Source of the DNA: Haliotis rufescens
Taxonomy: Eukaryota
Reading direction: 5' to 3'
Length of the DNA: 64,000 nucleotides
Assembly: GCF_023055435.1 (NCBI RefSeq)
Contig: NW_025963846.1
Span: forward strand, 21,886,001 to 21,950,000
The translations under genes were made by a program, and so were the position numbers. Below, piece after piece: positions 27,314 to 38,894 of the stretch. The notes under the pieces are model-generated. The model was given only the letters and a program-made list of their open reading frames with translations, was not told where the DNA came from and ran no database searches. Numbering within the stretch: the stretch's first letter is position 1; each line of letters begins with the position of its first letter.

Positions 27314-29581
27314 GGAAGGGGGTGGTGCACTAAATCACTCCAGTGTCAATTTAAGGGAAAAAGAGCCATGTATCTTCATTAACATCAAGGACAAGTTGTT
27401 GTCACTACAAACATTCTGGCGACATCATGGTCACGGAAAGAAAAGATCTACCTAACTCATCTTACCAATGTGAAAATCAAACCAGGTTTCACTCTTATCA
27501 ATATTACCAATTTGAAAATTAATATCAATTCAATCAATACTGCCAGCGGGTAGGCTCTGTGATTAAAGTCAAGATTATTATAAAGACCTATATTTACTCC
27601 ATCGATCTGATGTCAAGTCAGGGCATCATGAATCCTTGTATTACATACAGTCTATGGCCGTGATCATCAAGATCTAATAATAGTCCCTTTTATCTTTCAC
27701 ATGTTGTATCAAGGAGGCGCAACACATTTTAATAATAGCCTACGTTTCAAACATTAGATAGATCTAAACAAACCCAAACATAACTGATCACAACATTTCA
27801 ACTTGTTAAATGTAACCGGCCAATCCTATTAACTTTTTGTTAGCGATAACAAATCGTTGAAATTCCTTCTCCAATTATTTCCGTGTAAAAAATCAAAGAT
27901 ATTCCATCGATGTTGAACGCAGACAAAGCTTATATTTTGTGTGAGCATCATCCTCTCAAGCTATGGAATTTATTGGCCACCTTTTGTTAAGAAAGCAACC
28001 ATATCTAAGATGCAGGTGCTGGGTTTTAAAAAAAACCCCACCTACTGAGCACAATCTCTGGCACAAAATTGGTAATTCAAACTGCATTTCAAGAAGTCTC
28101 CACAGACGATGTGCCAATGTTTACCTTGACAAGCTGATTGTGTTTACAGCAAACATTCAGTCGAGGAGCGAAACAAAGCAACCTTATGCTATTTTTCTAC
28201 GTTGCAACATTCCAACGTTCTTTATGCTTACACATCGGCAAGACCTGGGTGCCTTGCTCACAGAGAACCTGCACCACAGTGCACACTCTACATCTAAGCA
28301 TGGCCTTAGAAAAAAAGTCAACCACGAAAACTTGAAGAAGGCAGGGGGACGAAAAGATGTGTGGCAGCCACGAACATTACAATGTGCCCTCTGCGACTCT
28401 AGGAAGATCTCAATCCAGACATTTGGTTTGAAGGTGGGGCGGGTGTTCTTATTTACAAAGGGCAGTGTACGACTTTTGCAATGTAGACCATGTAGACGAC
28501 ATCGCAAAGCAAAAATGAATAACAAGATTTGATATGGTTATTCAGTTTGGAACATAGATGTTTAAGATTTGGAATTTGGCCATCCACACTAAGTAGCTTT
28601 ATACCGCTTAAAAACTTGGCATAACCATGTGTATACGTTTGTGGATAGACCGAATGTTCTATCCTGTACCTGGTATCTTGGTTCTATAGACTTTAGATCA
28701 ACAACTGCAATCTGTGTTTGACATGTTAAATGTGACCCAGACAATAGCTGGTCAGGTGACAAGATAGACAAAAATATGATGAAAATACACTGAGGAGAGT
28801 GGTAATTTGAGATTGGAATAGTCGGCTGATTCATAGATGCCACAGACGTAAAAATAACACAGCGTTTAATGCTGTGAATATCAGCGGTGCCAGATGTTCT
28901 AGACAGGAATGACTTTTGAAATGGCAAAGTATGTACACAATGATCTGATGGAGCTGCCTTGTGTAATGGGCACAGAAAGAATGTCCAGGTCTTAATCAAC
29001 AATATCAATGACCAACAAAACCACCTTGTAAACATGATTATGGAAATGGATGCTGACACAAATTAACATGATTAATAATGTTTTGGCATTAACACAGGAC
29101 ATTTTTATTTTCATTATTTATGGGATATTTGATGCCTCACATCCATATCCTGACACGAAATTTCCAACCAACAATACTTATATTTTATTGGACCAATCAA
29201 TTTTTTTCTGTACAGAATTCCCAGCCATTATTACGACCAATCAGGGAGGTGTGAGACAACTATTCAATGTAATGTCACTGATTTGCCTGGGCACTGTAGA
29301 ATTAACAACTTTTAGGTGAACAATTGACTTGCCTTTGCATGTGTTTGTGATAAGTGCCATGGTGGGTAAGGATTTTTTTTTAATCTTGGAAATGTTTTTG
29401 TTGGTTTTAATGTTTACGTTTCTGGAGAACAAACGAACAAAAACATCAAAGAATACTGTCAGTCAAACTGTCTCCCTACAACATATACCAGAGTGGTTTA
29501 CATATTGATCCTTAAATGTCTGGCCAAAGATGAATAAAACAATACCGCAAAATCACTCATTTTTGGTCAAAATATCAAACT

Positions 29582-29763
29582 GGTCTTCAGCAACCCATGT
29601 TGGTTGTAAGAGGTGAGTAAAGGGATCGGGTGATGCATGTCATCAAAAACCAAGTGTGTAGATCAGTGGTGTTTGTTAACTGATTGTTTGGACCAGACTC
29701 GATTATTTACCGACTGCATCATATTGCTGAGTACAGCATTAAACAACAAACAAACAAACAAAC
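29582..29763 (+). mobile_element. Family B retroposon, degraded with internal deletions
   Basis: ggtcttcagcaacccatg...gtaagagg...ccagactcgattatttac...(CAAA)n. Confidence 0.8.
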
Positions 29764-29918
29764 TCTGCACCACTTTCATTATGTCCGTTAACTTCCACGA
29801 GACCGAAATTAATTGTATCACATGCCCTGCACATGACACAATGGTTAACAAAGTGACCGGGCCCACTTGGATGGCCAGCGTCTTGTGTCCACTTCAAGCC
29901 CAGATAAACAATGATAAA

Positions 29919-30604
29919 CAACCACTTGATCATAGGGCACACTTCCAATTGTGTTTTAGTTTTCAAATATCTGCTGTCCCACTTGACAACCTTCCTCAAA
30001 GGGCACTCACCCCGAGACCTTGATAAATATGACAGAAATTGATAATACTACTTCTACCCTGGCCATAAGCTCTTGGCTTAATCATAAATGACAGGCTGGA
30101 TCTAAATGTGCACAGATTATCAGCTGTAAATGGTAGGCATGGCAGGGGTGTGATGATACAGTAAGGTCACGATCTGATATGTATAATGATATATTGGTTA
30201 TGATACGATATGTTTTGTATATGCATATTTATGTCAAATCGCACGGAAACATCTTGACCATAAATATTTCAGAGCAGGTTCAAAAGGAAAAGCTAGCTGT
30301 AAACACATGTTCGTAACAGCTATATTTAGGTGGGAACTTGAAATGGTATTAATTACACCACATTTTGTAATATTTGACTGACAAAAAACAGGGGATAATT
30401 AATCAAGTTGTAAGTAATATATTTTTATAAGTGTATCGTCTTGTATCAATCAACCACTTGTTCATAGGGCACACTTCCAATTGGGGTTTAGGTTTCAAAT
30501 ATCTGCTGTCCCACTTGACAACCTTCCTCAAAGGGCATTCACACCGAGACCTTGATAAATATGACAGAAATTGATAATACTACTTCTACCCTGGCCATAA
30601 GCTC
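29919..30604. repeat. 154-bp direct duplication (29919-30072 and 30451-30604) around a spacer
   Basis: caaccacttg...ggccataagctc occurs twice with only a few substitutions. Confidence 0.92.
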
Positions 30605-31360
30605 GGTTGTTGGTTGGTGGATAACCAGCCAGGAGTTAAGCGATGTTTCGGAAAGCTAAAGACCTAAGTTCTTTTCCATTCTCGGTTTCCCCTGACATAA
30701 TATATGGATGCAATATTCCTCACAGTGTCATTAAATACAAATATCACCAAATGTTCGAAAAATCCGCCAAAAATGAAATAACGCATCATTTCACGTCTAG
30801 TTGAAGCATCACAATGTTCATTGTTTAACTCTTAGTTCACATTCCGTGAACAAAGTTACATTGTTACATTCAACTGAACACACAGTTTTAAGTAAAAACT
30901 GTCAAAAACCTCTATCAAGTCAAATTAACCCGGGTTCAATTTCCTTTCATCCATTAGACACAAGGTGATTAAAGAATAATAAATCTAAATTGCACATCTA
31001 TGCATTATCATATCACATGTTATTTACAATGACAAATTAACTGAAGGAGAGGCTGGAGTGGCAAGCAGGACGATATGACTCTTATTGTCTAGCCTGGACT
31101 GGCAAAGCCAAATAAGAAAGTAACACCTATGTTTGCCGAGCGCAGACAAGATTTGTAAAACTACTCCCAAGTCTCCTGATAATCAGCAATGAGTGAGGAA
31201 TCTATTGCCAGGAATGTCTGCAACTAAGCTGTGTCTTTGAGTCTAAATAACTCTTTTGTTATCACATCTGTTGTGTTGTCAGTGTTTATGACCAAGGGGT
31301 ACTGTTACTCTCTATGTTGTATTACCCGTCTTGCAACTCAGGTTTCTGTTCAAATGTCTT

Positions 31361-31433
31361 CCCAGGCTATTTGTGCACAAAAAAAGGCAATAAAATTTCC
31401 CAATGAGGATTTGTGCGATAAAGATCTTCCATT
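31361..31433. mobile_element. Short dispersed repeat (family D), second copy of the 23817-23899 insert
   Basis: aggctattt..gtgca.aaaaaaaggcaa.aaaat.tcccaatgaggatttg.gc.ataaagatcttccatt is shared by both loci. Confidence 0.75.
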
Positions 31434-31664
31434 TTAACAGCAATGGAGACAAATTGTTCATTTGATTACTATATGAAGTATACTTACAGGTCTGAAAATG
31501 GAGGGCAGTGTTTTTGCAGCCACTAGTCAGCAAGGTTGACAGAGATCTCATTGAAAGAGCAATGAACTCAAGTATGCATAAAAACACTGACCTTTACCAA
31601 CAACTTTATTGCATGCTTAGTTTTAGAAGCTGACATCGGGATTCAAGCTGCACTGTTAGCCCAT

Positions 31665-31941
31665 GGGGGAGGAGTCCCGTGAAGATCCGGGGTAGAGTAG
31701 GTCTTCAGCGACCCATGCTTGCCGTAAAAGGCAACTACGCTTGTCTTCAGAGGCAACTAATGTGATCGGGTGGTCAGACTCACTGACTGGATGCATGTCA
31801 TCGTATCCCAATTGCATGGATCGATGCTCATAATGTCAATCACTGGATTGTCTGGTACAGACTCGATTATTTACCGACCGCCGTCATATAGTTGGAATAT
31901 TGCTGAGTGCGGCATTAATCAACAAAGAAATAAAAAACAAA
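31665..31941 (+). mobile_element. Family B retroposon, full length with 11-bp TSD
   Basis: Structured head (tcccgtgaagatccggggtagagtaggtcttcagcgaccc), body and shared 3' stem-loop. TSD tgttagcccat at 31654-31664 and 31942-31952. Confidence 0.92.
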
Positions 31942-31976
31942 TGTTAGCCCATAGCAAGAGAACATTGTGTGGCCTG

Positions 31977-32135
31977 GAGTAAGTGGTTTCATGCCACTGT
32001 TAGCAATATTCCATCAACATTATGGTTAGGGTAAAGAAACTTGGGTTTCATGCATTGTACTCATGTGGGGAATCAAACTCAGACCTTCATCTTGACAAGT
32101 GGACACTTCAACCACGAGGCTACCCTTCCACCCCC
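31977..32135 (-). mobile_element. Family A SINE, old copy
   Basis: Diverged but colinear with 32170-32333. Confidence 0.75.
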
Positions 32136-32169
32136 TGTGTAGCTTGTCAACACTCTACACCTAGTGAGT

Positions 32170-32333
32170 GAGTGAGTGAGTATGGTTTTACGCCGCTTTT
32201 AGCAATATTCCAGCAATATCACGGCGGGGGAACACCAGAAATGGGCTTCACACATTGTACCCATGTCGGGAATCGAACCCGGGTCTTCGGCGTGACGAGT
32301 GAACGCTTTAACCACCAGGCTACCCGACCGCCC
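32170..32333 (-). mobile_element. Family A SINE, best-preserved copy
   Basis: Reverse complement gggcggtcgggtagcctggtggttaaagcg...gggttcgattccc...(CTCA)n. 17-bp TSD ctctaca(c/t)ctagtgagt at 32153-32169 and 32334-32350. Confidence 0.95.
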
Positions 32334-32368
32334 CTCTACATCTAGTGAGTCGGTTTAATGTTGCTTTG

Positions 32369-32446
32369 AGTGAGTGAGTGAGTTTGGTTTTACGCTGCTT
32401 TTAGCAATATTCCAGCAATATCACGGCGGGGGACACCAGAAATGGG
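32369..32446 (-). mobile_element. Family A SINE, 5'-truncated, with 13-bp TSD
   Basis: Only the 3' ~78 bp is present. TSD taatgttgctttg at 32356-32368 and 32447-32459. Confidence 0.9.
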
Positions 32447-33584
32447 TAATGTTGCTTTGCACAGTATGTGTCCCCACTGGTGAGATAAAGTCACTGAGAC
32501 TTTGTCTGGCTGATTTTGCTTGACATTTCATAAACGTTTACCTTACAGTTTTTGACATCACAATTGACATTTATGCATTCTTTGACAAACTGATCTGTTC
32601 ACAAAATTTAATTAAGACCTCACACAGCTCAAATATCCAAGAAAGAGTAAACTCAAAGAACAAGCAACGTTTTGATTCACTTGAAACCACATGATCTGGT
32701 TGTGAATCTTCAGTAACTGTCACCTCTATGTGCATGGTGTAGATCCTGCACCAGAATAGGTCCTAAGTACCCTATTCTTAACAGGAGAACTGACTCTCCA
32801 ACAGAGACTGGATGGCCACTTGATAGATTCAGGACTATAAATCTAAGCAAAAATAGCTCTGTAAAACCACAGAGCTATTTTAAACACTCATCAAGGAACA
32901 GCTATTATGTAAACTACATATACCAGTAATAAAAAAAATTCAATATGCTAGGTTGATCATGAAAATTGAATGTCTTAGATCTGCAATATGCGTTGATTCG
33001 TGAGACAGGTATTACAAAAAAAACATTAATGAGAATATCGATTACATATGAAATTGAAATTGGAAAACCAAGCTAAAATTCAAGTTTATGAAATGTCATG
33101 ATCCTGCTTCATCAAAATCATACAATCCTAACCCATCCTTAAGAAATTAATAAAAATGCCCCAAAATGTCTTTGAAGTGTGGTAGAGAGAGAGATATCAA
33201 TGCATACATGTAGGAACATACATAATTCATTCAGATCCCATACCCACCAGTACCTCATAAAAAAGCTGCATAAATGTTAGGCGGTTCTCCTCCATCATCG
33301 GCAAGATGACATTGGTTGGGAAAAACAATCGGTCATCGATGATTTATGATTCAGAAGATATACAGGCTGTTTGTCCACAGATGTTTTTGTCCAGCCATCT
33401 GATACTTCTTCAGATGTTTTTGTGCAGGGGAATATAATTAAAGCCATGTGGTTTCCAGCCATCACTACATCCATCTCCTCTGACCATCAACACCAGAGTC
33501 AGAGGGCACCAGGAGGCTGAGGGGCACTGTGTGATGCAGACATATCAGACAAAAACAGTGTGACCTGAAAAAATGAAACATAAC

Positions 33585-34325
33585 CATCTTGGTCTGAACC
33601 CAACTGAGTCTCATCAAATAGGGAAAATGTTGGACAAAGTCAACCATGACGTCCACAGTTTTCAACATGTCCGTCATGGTCTGAACCAAAGTGAGTGCCA
33701 TCATAGAGTGGAAATGTAACACAAATTCAACCATGACGTCCACACTTTTCAACATGTCTGCCTTCGTCTGAACCCAACTGAGTCTCACCATAGAGTGGAA
33801 AGGTACGACAAATTCAACAATGATGTCTACACTTTTCAACATGTCTGTCTTGGTCTGAGTGAGTGAGTGAGTTGGGTTTAACACCGCTTTTAACAGTATT
33901 CCAGTTATATGGCATCGTGTCAGCTTAATGTGGGAGGAAAGCCCGGATCAATGCAGGTCTCAGGCGTTTACAACTTCGGTGAAACCCACGAGCACAGGTA
34001 TGGTGCTGACAAACCTAGAAACATAATTGGGGCAAACCAGGATTCGAACACACAATCATAGGTTTCTGGCGTGCCCAAGGGACGCACCTCTGCACAGCGA
34101 ATCGCGGCGCCTTAGACGACTGGGCCGCCCTTGCCCCGTCTTGTTCTGAACCCATCTTTGTCTCATCATAAAGTGGAAATGTCCGACAAAGTCAACCATG
34201 ACGTCCACACTTTTCAACATGTCTGCATTGGTCTGAACCCAACTGAGTCTCAAAATAGAGTGGAAATGTACCACAAATTAAACCATGATGTCCACAGTTT
34301 TCAACATGTCCGTACTAGTCAGAAC
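33585..34325. repeat. Diverged 87-bp tandem repeat, ~5 units, split by a SINE
   Basis: ggtctgaacc...ttcaacatgtc recurs at 33591, 33678, 33765 and 33852, then resumes after 34138. Confidence 0.88.
33859..34137 (-). mobile_element. Family E SINE (tRNA-Leu-like head, V-domain-like body)
   Basis: Reverse complement head ggggcaagggcggcccagtcgtctaaggcgccgcg...gttcgaatcctggtttgcccc retains a ggggca/tgcccc stem. Body has aggtttgtcag...tttcctcccac. TSD gtcttg(g/t)tctga at 33847-33858 and 34138-34149. Confidence 0.85.
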
Positions 34326-35449
34326 AACACTAAATGTTTGTAAGAATTCAACCCAACAAAATCCACAGCTATCAACATGTGTTTTGGTCTGATCAACTCT
34401 GAATGCAGCACAGAATCAACCCAGCAAAATCCCAACTGTTAACATGTTGCTTGAAGCTCTTCAACACGTTCATTTTAGCATGACGATCCACATGGTCTGC
34501 AAAAGTAGAAACAAAGAACTTTCGATTCCTAACTCTGATCATCAAAACCATACTTCATAAAAGGCCATCAGCATTTCCGTCTCGTTCAGACCATCTCTAT
34601 CTGAGTGGCCTGATTAAGGAAGCAGAGTACCACACAATTAAGCCAGATGATCAGGAGGCCACTATCGCTCTGTCTAGACACGGCAGTCTAGGCAATAATG
34701 GAATGTAGGTTCAACTAAAAGAGCCGACCTAAAATCTTTTTGTTTCCGCGGCATTATTTTCAATCCAATGCCCTCATCATATGTTGCCAGATATTAGTCA
34801 AAGACAAGGGCAGATAACTTTAAAAAAACTTCACTCACATGGCATGCATGGGGACACATATTTCCAAGACTTTTATTTTACATATATGTAGTGCTAGATT
34901 TTGTACCGGGGGTATTTGTACAAAATACATTCTTGATTTCAAAATTATTAAGATTAATTATCATAGATTAGCTCAAACTAAATTAAAACTCAGTTGCCTT
35001 AATCTGGTGATTTAAAGAAGCAGATACACCAACACGACTGCCGACCAGAGAATATGCAAAATATGGAACCAAAACAAGGTTGAAGATGAAATACACTTTC
35101 TTGATTAACAATTCTTGATTCTTGAAGGATTGGTCCCTTGTCAACACTTTAATTACAAAATGTTAATGAGGGGTGATGAGTTTACCACATGGCCTGTGCA
35201 GGCCTTGACCATGAACCTATCTAAAAATCATTACAGCAAAACATGATGAAGACCCATGGTTGAGATCCCATCAACACGGCATCTTATCTGCAGCAACCTG
35301 ACTCAGGCCTTCTAGTCATCATTCTATGATCTCCACATGGTCTCAATGGAAGATCCATGGCACATGCTACTGTAGACTTGCACAAGTCGCCAAGGCAATA
35401 TTTATAAGTTTAAATCATAATTTGTAGATTATACAAATAATAAGAACAA

Positions 35450-35613
35450 GTGGTCCCTGACTTGGTTGATGCATGTCATCGCATCCCAATTGAGTGGATC
35501 AATGCTCATTATATCAATCACTGGATTTACTGGTCCAGACTCGATTATTTACAGAGCGCCTTCATATAGCTGGAATATTGTGGAGTGTGGCAATAAACAA
35601 ACAAACAACAACA
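35450..35613 (+). mobile_element. Family B retroposon, 5'-truncated
   Basis: ctgacttggttgatgcatgtcatc...ccagactcgattatttacag...atagctggaatattg...(CAAA)n. Confidence 0.85.
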
Positions 35614-36053
35614 AAAATATAGACTTGCCTCTTATAAGGACAGAATAACTATACCCCCATGGACTTATCATTCAGTACAGCCTTGGGGCAAGGCTAATGC
35701 TACAGCAACCTTCCAGGCAGCAACTCTGGACACCAATGGTCATGACCTAAGGCCTGTATTGCCTGTTATACCCCGCTAATTACATACTTTCTAGCACTAC
35801 TGTACGTGTTTGCTGCAGCGATGCAGAGCACAACTGGAGATAAGATAATATCATCAAGGAACTCCTGACCAGCTTAAACAGACCTTGACCAGGAACAGAT
35901 GTTGAAATTCTTCCAGTGAAATACCATCCTGCCACCTGGAGGTGGAGTTATCAGCATCCATTACTATCTAAACCTTGACCAGCAGCTGACATTATTAGCT
36001 GTTTAAGTGTTTGCTGCAGTGAGAGTAGGTACTTGGTCACAGTTTGCTAAATG

Positions 36054-37636
36054 TTATGCCTTTATTCCCTGGAAAAATATCACACATTGACATTCTAACC
36101 TCACAGTTTACCTTCAGCTGTACATGGTCAATGACTCCGACCAGAAGAACAAGTATTGGGGTGGGAGGGCGGAAGTGAGAGGGATGCTGGTATGACTTCC
36201 TAGATCCCATGCTGGGAAGTATTTGGTCCTGAATGGTCCTGGTCATGTTCATGATGTTAGAGCGATCATGTTCATGATGTTAAAGCGATCATGTTCATGA
36301 TGTTGGAGACTCTTTATGCCTTTATTCCCTGGTAAAATATCACACATTGACATTCTAACCTCACAGTTTACCTTCAGCTGTACATGGTCAATGACTCCGA
36401 CCAGAAGAACAAGTATTGGGGTGGGAGGACGGAAGTGAGAGGGATGCTGGTATGACTTCCTAGATCCCATGCTGGGAAGTATTTGGTCCTGAATGGTCCT
36501 GGTCATGTTCATGATGTTAGAGCGATCATGTTCATGATGTTAGAGCGATCGTGTTCATGATGTTAGAGCTTTGTGTTCATGATGTTAGAGCGATCATGTT
36601 CATGATGTTAGAGCGATCATGTTCATGTTAGAGCGATCATGTTCATGATGTTAGAGCAATCATGTTCATGATGTTAGAGCGATCATGTTCATGTTAGAGC
36701 GATCATGTTCATGTTAGAGCGATCATGTTCATGATGTTAAGAGCGATCATGTTCATGATGTTAAGAGCGATCATGTTCATGATGTTAAGAGCGATCATGT
36801 TCATGTTAGAGCGATCGTGTTCATGATGTTAGAGCAATCATGTTCATGATGTTAAGAGATCATGTTCATGTTAGAGCGATCATGTTCATGATGTTAGAGC
36901 GATCAAGTTCATGATGTTAGAGCGATCGTGTTCATGATGTTGGAGAGATCATGTTCATGATGTTAGAGCGATCGTGTTCATGATGTTAGAGCGATCGTGT
37001 TCATGATGTTAGAGCAATCATGTTCATGATGTTAGAGCGATCATGTTCATGATGTTAAAGCGATCATGTTCATGATGTTGGAGACTCTTTATGCCTTTAT
37101 TCCCTTTATTACCTTCAGCTGTACATGGTCAATGACTCCGACCAGAAGAACAAGTATTGGGGTGGGAGGGCGGAAGTGAGAGGGATGCTGGTATGACTTC
37201 CTAGATCCCATGCTGGGAAATATTTGGTCCTGAATGGTCCTGGTCATGTTCATGATGTTAGAGCGATCATGTTCATGATGTTAGAGCGATCGTGTTCATG
37301 ATGTTAGAGCGATCGTGTTCATGATGTTAGAGCAATCATGTTCATGATGTTAGAGCGATCATGTTCATGATGTTAGAGCGATCATGTTCATGATGTTAAA
37401 GCGATCATGTTCATGATGTTGGAGACTCTTTATGCCTTTATTCCCTTTATTACCTTCAGCTGTACATGGTCAATGACTCCGACCAGAAGAACAAGTATTG
37501 GGGTGGGAGGGCGGAAGTGAGAGGGATGCTGGTATGACTTCCTAGATCCCATGCTGGGAAATATTTGGTCCTGAATGGTCCTGGTCATGTTCATGATGTT
37601 AGAGCGATCATGTTCATGATGTTAGAGACTCTTTAT
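36054..37636. repeat. Compound tandem repeat: 4 x (150-190 bp block + variable 23-bp minisatellite)
   Basis: The block ttaccttcagctgtacatgg...gaatggtcctggt occurs four times, each followed by (catgttcatgatgttagagcgat)n with n about 3, 25, 8 and 2. Confidence 0.95.
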
Positions 37637-38894
37637 TCATTACCAGTATATTCTATTTCCGGCAACCTCTTTCTCCATATCTGACAACCTGATTATATAT
37701 TTCCCTATGTTTGACAGCCCACCCTTGTTACATGCTTATCCTCTATTGAAATTCCCATCCACTGATGTCCAACCAGAGCCAGAAATAACAGCAACCAGAG
37801 AAACTGCTCTATCTGTTTCTATATTTAGATCTATGCATTTAGATCAGTGACCAAAACGATATCCACAAGACTGTATGACAATAGGATGACTCCAACTTTC
37901 CACATTTCCTTCATGTTGAGCAATATTCCTGCAGCTTTAGTCTTTGGTATCTACATTCCACAACTTTTAAGGCACAGTCGAGCATGATCTTTATACCAAG
38001 TTTTCAAAGAGCATCATAAGACTCCAGATCAACAGTTGTTTTGTTCAGGGTTACAACATTCCAGGCCTTAGTAAACGTTTACAAAACTTATGTAAAGGTG
38101 ATTTCCAAATAAAACAAACCACTGACAAAAAGGAAGTTGATGAAATCACTACTTTTGACTTTTACCTGCGTTTTTTTCAGGTGAACAAATGACTTGCCTT
38201 CACATGTGTTTGTGATGGGTACCAATAGTGGGGCAGTTTTTGGCAAACACCTGGTTTTATCACTATTATATAATCATTCATTAACACTTGCTCATGATAC
38301 AGTTGGTATCGTTCAATGGACTGGCTTTAAGCAGATATTTCTCGTGATTTTATAGAAAGTTTTTCTGCTTTTATTGAAATATAATTATTTCCATCACAAA
38401 TCTGAAGCACAGCCTTGATAAGCCAGAGAGTTTCAAGTTAGGGTTCAAAATTCAGTTGTGCTGTATTAGAGCCCTATCTCATTTCACGATAAATATCCCA
38501 TTAACTCTTTGTTTGCATTCCACTTGTGATGGCCGATGTTTTAAATGCTGTGCATGATAAAAAAAGAAGTCCATCTGTGAAATTTCAAACAAGTATTCAG
38601 ATCCGCATGTTCAGAAGGGTTCTCCTGAGGATGAGTATCTATCAAGGTCAGTGTCAAGACGTGGCTTGCAACTAGGCAGCTCATTACGTAAGTCCAACTG
38701 CGGGCAACAGGCCCATACCACAAGGTAAGCCCCTCAAGTGATTAATTGTCTTCATTCTTCTACAAATACTTTTCAAATAAAATACAACTTATTCAACAAC
38801 TTCAACAAATACATAAATAACTGATGTGAAATATCTGATACCACATATGCAATTTTTGACAAACATAAATTCTTCTGGCTGCCAGAGGCATTAT

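Noticed and set aside
27963-28532. 189-aa non-repetitive ORF
   Set aside because: No recognisable domain or transposase/RT motif, so it cannot be supported as a CDS without a homology search.
29313-29367. ~55-bp similarity to 38177-38233
   Set aside because: Probably fragments of an old dispersed repeat. No ends or TSD could be defined.
32260-32333. tRNA genes at A/B-box sequences (also 34030-34137, 52629-52700, 54704-54775)
   Set aside because: These are SINE heads: each continues into a repeat body and tail, often with a TSD, and lacks a complete cloverleaf.
33465-34343. 87-bp (29-codon) repeat as a zinc-finger or other coding repeat
   Set aside because: No C2H2 pattern, a stop in the plus-strand frame in one unit, and interruption by a SINE.
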